Shown: positions 1 to 13,561, numbered from the stretch's first letter. The stretch: DNA of 64,000 bases from Octopus vulgaris (GCA_951406725.2 OX597818.1:124558001-124622000); one strand, 5' to 3'. The notes: generated by a model not told the origin, from the sequence alone. Program-made: numbers and translations.

Positions 1-399
1 TTAATCGAATCAATCAATCCCTGTGTTTGTTTTCTTTTTTTTAAGCCTGATACTTATTTTATCAGTCTCTTTTGCCAAACCACAAAGTTATGGAGACATA
101 AACACACCAACATTAGTTGTCAAGCAGGTGAGGGTGGGGGACAAACACATAGATATGTATGATGAGTTTCTTTCAGTTTCAGTCTACCAAATCCATTCAC
201 AAGACTCTGGTCAGCTCAAGGCTATAGCAGAAGGCTCTTGCCCAAGGTGCCACACAGTGGGACTGCACCCAGGACCATGTGGTTGGGAAAGCAAACTTCT
301 TACTACACAACCATGCCTGAGCCTATATATATATATTTTTTTTTTTTTTTATTTAGTTTCAGCTCACAAGCTGTGGCCATGCTGGGGCACCACCATTTG

Positions 400-725
400 A
401 TTCCAACATCACCATCAAAATACAGGACCAGATACTGCAACAGCTTGGGTTTCAGAGGACTACAGCTCTTCAACATCTTCCCTAAATGCCTGAGAGACTT
501 GCATGGTGTGGATATGGGTTTCTTTAAAACTAAACTGGATCTCTTCTTGTCGGGGATCCCAGATGAACCTACCTCTTGGCAGGAGAAACAGATGCGGGCA
601 GCGGCATCGAACTCCCTTGTTGACCAAGTGCCACGTATCAGAGGTGGTTTCACATACTAGTGTAGCTCATTCAATGGTGGTGCCCCAGCATGGCCGCAGC
701 CTTCGGGCTGAAACATTTTTAAGGA
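400..725 (+). mobile_element. 5'-truncated CR1-group LINE 3' end
   Basis: Encodes ...NSLGFRGLQLFNIFPKCLRDL...FKTKLDLFLSGIPDEP...AASNSL, a typical CR1-group ORF2 C-terminus, followed by a 3' stem-loop tail. Confidence 0.75.
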
Positions 726-1603
726 TTTATATATATATAAAGAGATACAGAGGGAAAGAGAATATATAGCTATTTATTATGAATGTATATACAATTAAGT
801 GGGAAAAAGAATAGAGTAGGCTAGGGTAAAATTTATTCACAGTTAGCAAATAGAAACAAAGGGTATTGCAAAAGACCTGGTTGGAGGCCCAACCTTCTGA
901 GTTCTTTTACAAAGCTTAGAAAACCTGAAGGGCTACTGCAATAAGTATGTGAATCTGAGAGGGGAATATGTTGGATATAAATCATAATTAACTGATCCTC
1001 CTGTATTTTCTTTTACCTAAAACCAGGAACTTTTCAGCACCCCTTCATACAATCCGTTTTTGTCATGGTTTCTATAACTGAATGCTGTTCTTAACACCAA
1101 ATGCTTTACAAAGTGTATTGGGTGCATTCTATCAGGGCTGTAGCTCTAGAGAGGCTCTCATGTCCTCAGTATGATTAAAGGGTCCTTTCAATTTATGTTG
1201 TCTCTTCATTCACCAATCACTTTATTGAGTGTACTGAGTGTATTTTTACCATAACACCAGCACATGACTTTGACAAGGCTGAAAAAGTTTCTCAATTTTC
1301 TCCATTGTCTTCATCCATTCACCAACCAATTTACAGAATATGCTGAGTATTTGTTATCATGACACCAGTATTAAAGAATTTTCTATTAAGCTAATCAAGA
1401 CTTAAGAGTCCTCACTGCACTGCACTGCATTGTCTCTGTTTGTTTAAAGCCAAGTGGATGAAGAAAAGACAGTGAAAACAGAGAGAAAATGAGTGAGAGA
1501 GAGAAAGAAGAGAGAGAGAGTAAGACAAGAAAAACAGTGCAATTGTAGTGAGAGGGTGGTGGGGGAGATTTATCTGTAACCCACATTGTATTGATAGTCT
1601 AGT

Positions 1604-1995
1604 GGATGGAAGCACTCCGTCGGTTACGACGATGAGGGTTCCGGTTGATCCGAATCAACGGAACAGCCTGCTCGTGAAATTAACGTGTAAGTGGCTGAGC
1701 ACTCCACAGACACGTGCACCCTTAACGTAGTTCTCAGGGATATTCAGCGTGACACAGAGAGTGACAAGGCCGGCCCCTTTGAAATACAGGTACAACAGAA
1801 ACAGAAAGAAAGAGTGAGAGAGAAAGTTGTGGTGAAAGAGTACAGCAGGGATCACCACCATCCCCTGCCGGAGCCTCGTGGAGCTTTTAGGTGTTTTCGC
1901 TCAATAAACACTCACAACGCCCGGTCTGGGAATCGAAACCGCGATCCTATGACCGCGAGTCCGCTGCCCTAACCACTGGGCCATTGCACCTCCAC
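1604..1995 (-). mobile_element. tRNA-derived SINE family B
   Basis: Head GTGGAGGTGCAATGGCCCAGTGGTTAGGGCAGCGGACTCGCGG...GGTTTCGATTCCC. Flanked by a 166-bp direct duplication. Confidence 0.85.
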
Positions 1996-2655
1996 GTTTG
2001 TTTAAAGCCAAGTGGGTGAATAGAAGACAGTGAAAACAGAGAGAAAATGAGTGAGAGAGAGAAAGAAGAGAGAGAGAGTAAGACAAGAAAAACAGTGCAA
2101 TTGTAGTGAGAGGGTGGTGGGGGAGATTTATCCGTAACCCACATTGTATTGATAGTCTAGTAATTATTGTCTAGCCATCAACAATATACCATTATGTAAA
2201 TGAGTTATGCCTAGATCACATGTTTGTTTACATTTTAATAAGTAGCCTTCCACTGCTGTTATATTTTATGATAATTATAAGCAATAATTATATAATGATA
2301 CTTTACAGTAATTATATATGATAATTATATAAGTCTACAACAGTAAGTTCAAATTTTCAGACATCCGTTATATATGTGTTTTGTGATTCACCAATATCAT
2401 CTAAGCAGCACAATATACACTGAATTAGTAATCGCTTTAAACAGTCCTAACCTTGTGCTAGTATGCAAAAGACATGTCAGTGCCATAATGACATTAGCAA
2501 ACAATGGTATCGCAAACTAAACAGATAGTTCATGCAGCTTGCTGTATCTATTAGAAATTAGATTCCAAAAATTAGATTACAAAAGAGTGTTATTAGGTAA
2601 TCCAAACAGTACATTTCAAATATAGTAGACTTCTAGAATATATATACTTAGTATA

Positions 2656-2886
2656 AGGCGGCGAGCTGGCAGAAATGTTAGCGCGCCGGGCGAAATGCGT
2701 AGCCGTATTTTGTCTGTCGTTACATTGTGAGTTCAAATTCCGCTGAGGTTGACTTTGCCTTTCATCCTTTCGGGGTCGATAAATTAAGTACCAGTTACGC
2801 ACTGGGGTCGATGTAATCAACTTAATCCCTTTGTCTGTCCTTGTTTGTCCCCTCTAGGTTTAGCCCCTTGTGGGTAGTAAAGAAAT
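2656..2886 (+). mobile_element. tRNA-derived SINE family C, representative copy
   Basis: GGCGGCGAGCTGGCAGAA...GAGTTCAAATTCCGC...CTTTCATCCTTTCGGGGTCGATAAATTAAGTACCAG. More than 20 copies in the window, e.g. 8725, 9340(-), 16365, 23725, 25653, 37550(-), 37875(-), 59340, 59565. Confidence 0.85.
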
Positions 2887-3204
2887 ATATATATACTTAG
2901 TATTAATATCCTTTCTACTATAGGCACAAGGCCTGAAATTTTAGTGGGGGGAAGTCAATTACATCAACACCAGTGCACAACTGGTACTTATTTCATTGAC
3001 CCCCAAAAGGATGAAAAGCAAAATTAACCTTGGCAGAAATTGGACACAGAATACTGCTTAGTATTTTGTCTGGTCTGCTAGCAATTTTGCCTGTCCACTG
3101 CCTTATTTAGCATTAATATCAAAAACCAATGGTGATAGAAATTAGTTTACACAACAGCTACTCTATCTCAGCATCTTGTGAGGGAATGATGAACAAATCC
3201 TGAT

Positions 3205-3432
3205 GAAACCCTTTCGTTACCAACCCGGCTGAAACCAGCTCTGGCTCTGAGTACAAATGTCTTGTTTTCATAAGTTTTGAATTAAAATCTTCCACCAAAC
3301 CTTAGTCACAATTTATGTTCCTAACACTAGTTTAATGATAACTAAATTATTTTACTAAATTCTTTGTTATATTTAAAGTAATTGAAAGAAACACAGAGCA
3401 TCTCAAAATAAAAACAGTAACGAAAGGGTTAA
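3205..3432. mobile_element. TTAA (piggyBac-like) MITE, second family
   Basis: AACCCTTTCGTTAC...GTAACGAAAGGGTTAA. Related ends at 41831-42129 and ~34622-34800. Confidence 0.7.
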
Positions 3433-4108
3433 ATAAATTTGAAGCTGATCAATTCAGTTGTCATCCTAAACTGCCAGAAAAGGCTCTCCTTGGGAGCTCA
3501 TGTCAGACCACTTGTGAGGTCTCTTATGAGTACTACTGGTAAAATGGAATCCAGTACAACCTGTTGCTTGGTCAGATTGGCAGTGACTAAACCAGTAAAC
3601 CCACTAAATTTACCTGCTGAGGGGTGTTGCTAGAATCCTAGCAGGACTGAAAACAAAACCTCTCGAAAGGATGGATGAACTTAGCATAGGTTCAACAACT
3701 ATCTAGCAATAACACAAGTCCTTGGAAATTCTGGGTAAGTGCCTGGCATGCTGGAGTGAGGCACCCCTCAGCTTTTGTTAAAGTATGTCTCCACAACCTG
3801 ATTCAAAACCAGGCTATATCTGCTCTAATAATCCGCTGTGATTTGGTCAGAAAACCCTCTGCAATGGTCAGTAATCAACAGCAAAATGAGTTGCTATGGA
3901 TCATACTATCTCAAAGTGTGTATGCATATGACCAGGGACCACATGTGAGCTTGTATTCCCACTGAAATTCCAAACATGAACTCTATGTCTCATGAGAGAC
4001 ATGGTGAACTTGTTGGTCAGAACTCACTCAACCTACCCTTGGTGAATGCCACCACCAGTACAAGTAGTAAGTAATTTTACAGTGAGACTAAACACTTATG
4101 GTTTAGGG

Positions 4109-4329
4109 TACAAGGGGTCACTGAAAACTTCCTGGCTTTAAGGGTATCGCAAAAGGCCTGGTTGGAAGCCCAACTTTCTTAGTTCTTTTACAAGGCTTAC
4201 AAAGCCTGAAGGGCCACTGCAATAAGTGTATGAACCTGAGAGGGGAATATATTCAATAAAATCATAATTAACTGATCCTCCTGTATTTTCTTCTACCCAA
4301 AGCCAGGAACTTTTCATCACCTCCTTGTA
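4109..4329 (+). mobile_element. Mariner-derived MITE
   Basis: TIRs TACAAGGGGTCACTGAAAACTTCCTGG / CCAGGAACTTTTCATCACCTCCTTGTA with TA TSD. Retains the transposase end KCMNLRGEYI. A truncated copy lies at ~860-1049. Confidence 0.75.
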
Positions 4330-4509
4330 TATTTAGAGCACACAGTTCAATAACCAATCTCACTATTGTAACTATGTTTTTGAGATTTATACTATGTTGC
4401 AGTTTAACCCCAAGTCAGCTATGGCTTAGTTGATCTATCATCAGAAATATTCCAGTTGTGACTATCCTGCCTTTTATTGACACATTATATAAATGTATCT
4501 AGATTGACA

Positions 4510-4882
4510 GTGGAGGCGCAATGGCCCAGTGGTTAGGGCAGCGGACTCGCGGTCGTAGGATCACGGTTTCAATTCCCAGACCGGGCATTGTGAGTGTTTA
4601 TTGAGCGAAAACACCTAAAGCTTCACAAGGCTCCTGCAGGGGGTGGTGGTGAACCCTGCTGTACTCTTTCACCACAACTTTCTCTCACTCTTACTTCCTG
4701 TTTCTGTTGTACCTGTATTTCAAAGGGCCAGCCTTGTCACGCTGAATCTCCTCGAGAACTACGTTAAGGGTACACGTGTCTGTGGAGTGCTCAGCCACTT
4801 GCACGTTAATTCCACGAGCACGCTGTTCCGTTGATCGTATCAGCTGGGACCCTCATTGTCGTAACCGATGGAGTGCTCCTAT
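4510..4882 (+). mobile_element. SINE family B
   Basis: Full copy with 14-bp TSD TATCTAGATTGACA (4496-4509 and 4883-4896). Confidence 0.85.
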
Positions 4883-5356
4883 TATCTAGATTGACATCAT
4901 CCTTTTAAGATAGTAATGTGTGATTTAAGTGAGATTTGGTTGCTATTTCTTGTAAGTCGATTGCTCGTGTATCATTAGCTCATCCATATGACTTTGTGCC
5001 AGCATCCGGTTTGCTATTGATCTGAGTGGATGTTGATGATAGTCAATAGACACAAAGTGAACATAGTTAATTGGCTGATTAGTGTAATGTCACACTGTGT
5101 GTGATGTTAGCAAGGATAGAATAAAGAGAGATAGGGAGTATGTTTTAAGGAGGAATTTATGGCTATACTGATGATCTTTTAAAATTTTGCATGTGTGCAT
5201 GTGTGTGAAACAGAAATAGAGAGGGAGACAGACAGACAGACAAATAGAGGGTGTGTTTTATTTACATTTTGTTGTAAAGCTATACAAACACTTCAGTTGA
5301 GCTTAACATACCTATATAAACAAACATTTTAAACAGGGAAAATAGCTAAATATAAA

Positions 5357-5525
5357 TAGGAGTGGCTGTGTGGTAAGTAGCTTGCTAACCAACCACATGG
5401 TTCCGGGTTCAGTCCCACTGTGTGGCATCTTGGGCAAGTGTCTTCTGCTATAGCCCCGGGCCGACCAATGCCTCGTGAGTGGATTTGGTAGACGGAAACT
5501 GAAAGAAGCCTGTCGTATATATGTG

Positions 5526-5564
<39 letters not shown>

Positions 5565-5772
5565 TTGTGTGTCTGTGTTTGTCCCCCTAGCATTGCTTGA
5601 CAACCGATGCTGGTGTGTTTACGTCCCCGTCACTTAGCGGTTCGGCAAAAGAGACCGATAGAATAAGTACTGGGCTTACAAAGAATAAGTCCCGGTGTTG
5701 ATTTGATCGACTAAAGGCGGTGCTCCAGCATGGCCGCAGTCAAATGACTGAAACAAGTAAAAGAGTAAAAGA
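5357..5772 (+). mobile_element. tRNA-derived SINE family A (octopus OK/OR-type), representative full copy
   Basis: Head GGAGTGGCTGTGTGGTAAG...GGTTCAGTCCC (A/B boxes), internal (TA)/(TG) tract, tail CCAGCATGGCCGCAGTCAAATGACTGAAAC. Other copies at ~1-325(-), 7021-7416, 14050-14459(-), 19382-19770, 26415-26585(-), 29731-30125, 36590-37350(-), 44095-44600(-), 44735-45130(-), 46450-46866(-), 49065-49425(-), 53635-53750(-), 61455-61655. Confidence 0.85.
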
Positions 5773-6141
5773 GATATGTGTTTGTTATGCATCTGGGTCC
5801 ACCCTGTTCTTACTCCAGCTAATATTCTCTCAGAACACCTGACTTCGATTACTAATTAGGTCAGCTAGGTTATCAAAACTATCAACAGCTTTTAGAGAAT
5901 CTTCTGGACATTTGAAGGCACTCTCGGAGAGGTTGGCATTAGGAAGGGCATCCAGCTGTAGAAACTTTACCTGATCAGATTGGAGCCTGGTGCAGCCTTC
6001 TGGCTCGCCAGCCCTCAGTCAAACCGTCCAAACCATGCCAGCATAGAAAGCAGACGTTAAACAATGATGATGATGATGATGATGATGATGATGGTGTGTG
6101 TATATATATATATATATATATACATATACACACACATATAC

Positions 6142-6209
<68 letters not shown>

Positions 6210-6226
6210 ATATACACACACACACA

Positions 6227-6264
<38 letters not shown>

Positions 6265-8142
6265 CTTGTATGTTTACACATGTAGGTGAATAATATATGT
6301 ATTTTCGTGTGTGTGTGTGTGTGTGAATGTGTCCATGCTGCTTTAACTATGCATTATAACATGATAGGAAAATGTAAATAAAACACATTACACTGTCTGA
6401 GAGCATATGTATGAAATATCTAAATGCTAGCCTGACTGCTGCTGGTGTCTAACTAAATTACACTAATTGCTTTGTTTTTGAGCGATTACAATGAGAACCA
6501 ATGGGAAATGTCTCTTAATGTGGAGAAAATGCCTGAGGAGAGACCCAGCAATCCAAATATGCAAACATCACTGTTTGGTTTCACTCTTGTACAGAGCCAA
6601 ATGGATCTTTATAGATGTTGTTTGTATATGTTTATATGTGTATGTGTATGTAATGTGCCTGGTGTGTGTATATGAGAGAGAAGGAGAGAGAGAGAGCTTC
6701 TGTGTGTGTGTGTGTGTGTGTGTGTTTTATGGAGGTGGAGGGAAGAATGTGTTTGGATTCAGCTATTAACAAAGTGATGTTCCTACAGCTACTTCTCTCC
6801 TTTAATTGCTTCTGTATTGAAGGGTAGCAACAGCCATGGTACCGATGCCATGGTGATGTTGATAATGATTATGATGATGATGATGATCATCATCATCATC
6901 ATCATCATCAACACCAATACTGTTGTTGCTACTCACCCCACATTATCAATACTTACTGATTCTACTATTAGTGTTAGTATTATCATTCTCATTAAGGCAA
7001 TGAACTGGCAGAATTATTAGCAGGCATGGCTGTATGGTAATAAACTTGCTTCCCAACCACATGGTTCCAGGTTCAGTCCCACTGTGTGGCACCTTGGGCA
7101 AGTGTCTTCTACTACAGCCTTGGGTCGACTAAAGCTTTGAGAGTGGATTTGGTAGACAGAAACTGAAAAATGCCTATCGTGTATGTATGTATACGTACAT
7201 ATATATTTATATTTATATTTATATATTTGTGTGTTTGTGTTTGTCCACCCACCATTGCTTGATAACTGATGGTGGTGTGTTTACATCCCCATAACTTTGC
7301 AGTTTGGCAAAAGAGACTGATAGAAGCATAAGTCCTAGGGTCAGTTTGTTCAACTAAAGGCAGTGCTCTAGCATGGCCACAGTCAAATGACTGAAACTAG
7401 TAAAAGAATAAAAGAATGCCTGACAAAATGCTTAGGGGCATTTTCTCTGCTTAAATCCTTAAATCCTTAAAAATGTTTTAGTCCGAAGGCCACAGCCATG
7501 CTGGGGCACCACCGTTTATGTTCTTGGTTTAAATGTCACTGGGGTTGACTTTGCCCTTCATCCTTTCAGGGTTGATTAAAATAAGTACCATTTCAACACT
7601 AGGGGCTGATTCAGTCGACTCTCCTCCCTCCCCGTACTCATTAAAACTGCTGGTTGTGTGCCAAATTTTGAAATTATTATTATCATTCTCATAGTCATGC
7701 AATGAAGGATTTTTTACAGGATCATGCAAACTCCTAGAAATGCCCATCAAATCAAACTATTATCTTAAAAAAACTGAAAGATACATTAGATTATGAAGGG
7801 ATGGTCACAGCTGAAATGTCTCTGATCATATATCTGCTTAATCATGGGCCTAGATAGACAATGACAACAAGCATTACCATCTGCATCATTGTTGTTGTTG
7901 CTATTGTAAATGTCAGCATCATCATTGTTGCCGTTGTTATCTCTGTCATCATTGTCATCAGTGAGATTGTTTTCATCTCCCCCCCCCCCCCACGCCAAAC
8001 CATGAAAATAGAATATTAAAATCATTATCAATATCCTTATACAACCATCCATTCATCCATCTATCCATCCACCCATACCCACCACCACTGATATCATCTA
8101 GGTTCTCAGTTTACTCTTTTACTCAGAATTACCAGTTCAGAT

Positions 8143-8350
8143 ATTACCAACACCTTCTCTGTCATCATCACCATCATAACCACCTTCACCATCTTACCAC
8201 CTTCACCATGACCACTACGATCACCACCTCCATCAACACCACCACCATTATCATTACCAACACCTTCTCTGTCATCATCACCATCATAACCACCTTCACC
8301 GTCTTACCACCTCACCGTGACCACTACAATCACCACCTCCATCAACACTA
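8143..8350. repeat. ~110-bp tandem duplication in a CAC/CAT-rich tract
   Basis: ATTACCAACACCTTCTCTGTCATCATCACC... occurs twice in tandem. Confidence 0.75.
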
Positions 8351-9567
8351 CTACTGTTAAAGCAAATATTGTTCAATTACCACCATTAGTATTACCACCA
8401 TTTCCATTTCACCATGAGATGAAATGAGCACCAGTTGAGCACTGGGATTGATGTAATTGACTAGCACCCCCCCCCCCCCTAACACACACACATACACATA
8501 CACACACACTCCAAATTTCAGGCTTTGTGCCTATATTAGAAAGGATTATTATTGTTATTCAAGACAGCAGACTCTTCATCATGATGGATAAAGTATGGGA
8601 TTTGACTTAGTCATCTAATTCATGCCACCAAATTTCTGGCCTTGTGTCTATGTAATAAATCCATGCTAGCATGGAAGGCAGACATTAAATGATGATGATA
8701 ATAATAATAATTATTATTATTATTAAGGTGTCAAGCTGGCAGCACACAGGACGAAATACTTAGCGGTATTTCGTCTGTCCCTACATTCCGAGTTCAAATT
8801 TCACTGAAGTTGACTTTGCCTTTCATCCTTTTGGGGTCAATAAATTAAGGACCAGTGAAAGACTGGGGTCAATGTAATCAACTAGTCCCGTCCCCCAAAA
8901 TTTCAGACCTTGTGCCTATAGGAGAAAGGATTATTATTATTGTTGCTGCTGCTGTTGTTGTTGTTGTTGTTTTTGTTCTTCTTCTTCTTCTTCTTGTGTT
9001 AGAAAGCAGCAGATGCCATCAAAGCATCATTGAGGTACAAATATACAAAGCCCAACATACCCATCTGAGTACACTAGGCACATGCATTACAACCATAATT
9101 GCATGACATAGTGATCTTATATCAAGATAAACAGGGCCTGACCTGTTAAAATTTTCTACAGGTTGAGCAAGCCACCCTGTTCAAAAGGTCCTTGAATAAG
9201 GAAGAATTGTTTAAGGATGTTGAACGAAATGACCATTTTTCCAGAGGTGAATTATTCAAACCTCAAAGAATTCCTCTTAATACATGGCTATGATGCTCCC
9301 CCATTACTCCTGCTCATGATTAGTGATGCACATACCTATTTCTTTACTATCCACAAGGGACCAAACACAGAGGGGACTAACAAGGACAGACAAAGGGATT
9401 AAGTCAATTACATTGACCCTAGGACGTAACTGGTACTTATTTAATCAACCCCGAAAGGATAAAAGACAAAGTCAACCTTGGCGGAATTTAAACTCAGAAA
9501 ACAAAGACAGATGAAATGCCATTAAGCATTTTGCTCGGTGTGCTAACGATTCTGTCAGCTCATTGCC

Positions 9568-9616
<49 letters not shown>

Positions 9617-9830
9617 GGCAGCAAGCTGGCAGAATCATTAACACACTAGACAAAATGCTTTGTAGCATTTCGTCTGTCTTTACATTCCAAGTTCAAATTC
9701 CACTGGACTTCATCTTTCATTCTTTCAGGATTCATGAAATAATTACCAGTTGAACACTGACGTTGATGTAATCAACTTATACCCTTCTCCGGAAATTACT
9801 GGTGTTGTGCCAAAATTTGAAACTGTCATT

Positions 9831-9867
<37 letters not shown>

Positions 9868-9916
9868 CTTGTTCTTTTTATTCTTGTTTCAGTTATTCTC
9901 TTTTTTACTTTACTAG

Positions 9917-10065
9917 GTTGTTCACAAGTAACAAGTCATGGACTCTGCGGACTGGTGAATCTTCGTAACCTCGAAGAATTGGAGCTGACAAACTGTAACA
10001 GTGCCACGGCAGACCTCTGTCAATATCTCCGTGACAATATTTCTGGCTGTTTAGTCTTAGAATAA
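9917..10065 (+). CDS. FBXL16: Last coding exon of an F-box/leucine-rich repeat protein 16-like gene
   Basis: Polypyrimidine tract and acceptor tttactag| at 9916. The exon reads (G)CSQVTSHGLCGLVNLRNLEELELTNCNSATADLCQYLRDNISGCLVLE*, closely resembling the FBXL16 C-terminus as I recall it (GC..T..GL.GLV.L..LEELELTNC..AT..L..Y.....CLV.E). No upstream exon was found in 1-9916. Confidence 0.85.
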
Positions 10066-10241
10066 CCAACTTTGTTTTTGTTTTTTTTTTTTGTTCTTTT
10101 TTTTTTTTTCTATGTGACTTTCTTCATTATATTCCGCCTTGCCCTGTCTCCCTTTCTTCTGAAAAAAAAAAACACGAAAAATAATAAAACATGCCATCTC
10201 TCTCCATTCCACAACATATCCTCAATTATTATTATTATTAC

Positions 10242-10287
<46 letters not shown>

Positions 10288-11128
10288 TTTACTTTTATTT
10301 TTTATTGTCATTACCATTATTATTATTATTGTTGTTGTTGTTGTTATTGTTGCGGCACAGTCCACAGAGCATGAAGTAAGCTTCCGGCAAGCCGAGTCCA
10401 CCAGCTGGGTTTTGATTTCTGGCTGAGCACTACACATCCTCATTCCCAAGTCTTCTAAATTTATGGTCCTGGGCCTGAATTATGAAGTTAATCATTATCA
10501 TTATTATTGTTCTTGTTATCATCATCACCATCATTGTTAATTTTATTATTATTATTATCATTATTGTAATTATTATTATTATTATTATTATTTTATTTTG
10601 ATTATACTATTTCTATATTCTTCATTCTATCTCTTTCTCCTTTATTTAATAATATCTGAAATACAAAAAAAAAGACAAAAACATTTAGTAAAAACAACAC
10701 AAATAATATGAAAGAAAAAAAAGTGTATGATTATTTTTGTTTTTTAACAGAAAAAAATTTACACAGAACAGAAAGTTTGGATAAACTTTATAAATTTCTT
10801 CAAAATAGTTCAAATACCACTCTAGACTGTTACTTGTATTATGTCCTAGCTGTTTGTTTGGTTTATTTTCTGGGGAAAAAATCATAAAAGAAAAAAAAAA
10901 CAAAAGTAAAAGAAAATGTCTTTCAAATCAGAATTCATCAATATTTTTTTTTTACATCATTCAGTAAAAGAAGTCAATTTTTTTTTTTGTTATTCTACTC
11001 CCCAACCCCTACCCTTTCTTTCTATTATGTTCCACCACTGGTTTTGTTTGTTTTTGTTTTTTTGTTTTTTTTTATATATATATCTTTTGTTTAGAAATGA
11101 AAGCAATGTGAATATTGATTTTATTTTG

Positions 11129-11134
11129 AATAAA
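11129..11134 (+). promoter_or_regulatory. Candidate polyadenylation signal for the FBXL16 3' UTR
   Basis: AATAAA at the end of about 1 kb of AT-rich, SINE-free sequence after the stop codon. Other AATAAA hexamers occur in the region. Confidence 0.25.
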
Positions 11135-11339
11135 GCAGCACCGTAAGGCCAGTTTTTGTTGGAGAAGTGTTGGACAGTCCAGTAATTAAAATCAAACTTT
11201 GTAATATTACTGGTACTTACTTAATCAAGATTGGATTGCAAAATCAAAGAACAAAGATAATAGCATAGTTGGAGAGAAAACTGATTGATGCCAATTATTT
11301 AGTGGAATAATTTAACTGTTTCTGTCAATTCAAAGATTT

Positions 11340-11600
11340 CAGCTGGACATAGCAATTCTAAAGTACCTCTATGGCAACCTCCTCCAAGCTGATCTATAAG
11401 ATAGCAGGAAGATGGATACAACTTGCTGGACACTGTCTGCAACACTCAGATTTGCCCACTAGCCATATAATTCGAGAACTGACCCAAACTTGAGGTCAAG
11501 ACCCTGATGGAGAACAATATGCTACAACTGCTGACGAACTCAGAATGCTGACAATGAAACAGGATACATGGCCCTTCTGGCATTGTACTGGGGGTAAATG
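11340..11600 (+). mobile_element. Degenerate RTE-type LINE fragment
   Basis: Remnant motifs LYGNL and QLAGHC..H, broken by frameshifts. Confidence 0.5.
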
Positions 11601-13561
11601 CAAGTTGTAGCCAATAAAATAACATCTTCTGATCAACTTGCTATTAAATACTTTTGTCTAGACTAAAGGCCAATACTTAGAGTAAAATTTAAAAAAGAAG
11701 TCTAGTTGACTATGTCAACTCTAGTTTTTATAGGCAAGAGTGGAGAGTATGGTTGATATCAACTCCAGTATATGGTGAATTCTCAGAATTGTGAGAGCGT
11801 AGGGCTTTTCACATTCTGAATTCTAAGTATGCCAAGGTCAGCTTTGCCTTTCATCTCCCCAGGTCAATAAAGTACCAATACAGTATTAGGGTCAGTATAA
11901 CTGAGTAAACCCTCCCCTCAGAATTGCAGGCCTTGTGCCTAAATTAGAAATCTTTATTTTGTGTGGTGATGGATTGGCTGAATCATTAGAGCATGTTTTG
12001 CAGTATTTATTTCAGCTATTTACATTCTGAGTTCAAGTCCTGCCTAGGTCAAATATGCCTTTCATCCTTATAGGGGCAATAAAATAAAGCACATGTCAAG
12101 TACTGGGGTCAATAGTATTGAAGAACCCCAACTTCCCAAAATTTCAGGCTTTGTCCTATGTTAAAATTAATATTATTATTTTACTGTTTTCAAACAGGAA
12201 ATGCATTAATAACTTAATTACAATTTTTGAAACTATTAATCTTGTCTTTAGACATTTTTAAATATTTACATCTACACAACATTTCAGTCAGTATAATCCC
12301 TCATCCTCATCAGGGACCTAATTCCTAGATGTTTTCATAGTATCCAACTAGATTTGAACAAGGATTTTTATCTCCAAAATAAAGGCAGTAACATTCTAAT
12401 CTACTAGGCCATTGATGAAATATGGTGTTGATGTAAAACATTAAAATATAAATGTGAACAGTCTTTAAATTAATAAACTTATGAATAATAATTCATTCCT
12501 GATGTTATACACTTAAAGAAATATATTAATTTGTGGGTACAAGTCAAGTACTAGAGTTGGTAGTATCAGCTAATCCTTCCCACCAACCATATTTCAGGCC
12601 TTGGTGCCTATGCAAGAAATAATTAATTTATGGATATATTATATAAATAAAAACATTATCACAGCTAAACACTCTACTAGTTCAAACAAAAAATTATTGT
12701 TTTCTACTTCATATGCCTTTGCTGTCATTTCATACTTTATATGATTCATTTTAATTGGGACATTAAGTTTTCTATGATGATATATGTAACCATCAGAATA
12801 GTGGAGGCATGTGACTTAGTGGTTAGGGTGTTGGATTCATGATCATAAGATTGTGGTTTCAATTCCTGGACCAGGCAGTGCATTGTATTCTTGAGCAAAA
12901 CACTTCATTTTATGTTGCTCCAGTTCACTCAGCTGGCAAAAATTTGTAATTCTGTGACCAGCCCCGTTGTCCTGTCAAGGTGGATATTTTACACACCAAG
13001 AAAACCAGGAAATCAGCCCTTAAGAGTCAACATGAATCAAGAAGGTCACTTTAACTATCAGAATATACCGTCAAATGAAATTTAAAGTCCCTGACAAAAT
13101 GAATTTTATAATAGATTTGACATTTGACTCAACTTCCATTATTGTGTCCTCCCCTGCCATCAGTAAGTGTTCTGTGATTATTCTTAAACTTGGCTTTAAA
13201 ATAATAACCATTAATATAACATTTACTTATAGACTTTCAAATATGAAATACTGCAAAGGTAAATGAAAGTGGAAAACTGTGGATTATTATTATTATGATT
13301 GTTATTGTTATTATTATTATTATTATCATTATTAATATTATTATTATTATTATTATTATTATTATCATTATTATTATTATTAAGATGGCAAGCTGGCTGA
13401 GTTTTATACCATTCTGGAAAAATGCTTAGCGACATTTCTTCCAACTTTATGTTCTGAGTTCAAATCCTGCCAGGTTCGACTTTGCTTTTCATCCTTTTGG
13501 GGTCAATAAAATAAGTACCCCCAAAATTTCCAGGCTTTGTGCCTATTGTAGAAAGCATTAC

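Noticed and set aside
3200-3245. CTGATGA...GAAAC resembling an HHR
   Set aside because: It straddles a MITE boundary and has no pairing stem I or II and no proper NUH, so it is a chance match.
3490-3600. TACTGGT/ACCAGTA pairing with CTAA, suggestive of an HDV-like ribozyme
   Set aside because: P1, P3 and the L3 UCC motif could not be assigned.
4510-4585. tRNA-like heads of the SINEs as tRNA genes
   Set aside because: They lack a proper acceptor stem and are followed by SINE bodies, so they are counted as SINEs.
6472-6675. Short ORF in unique sequence as a possible upstream FBXL16 exon
   Set aside because: No leucine-rich-repeat pattern and no convincing splice sites.
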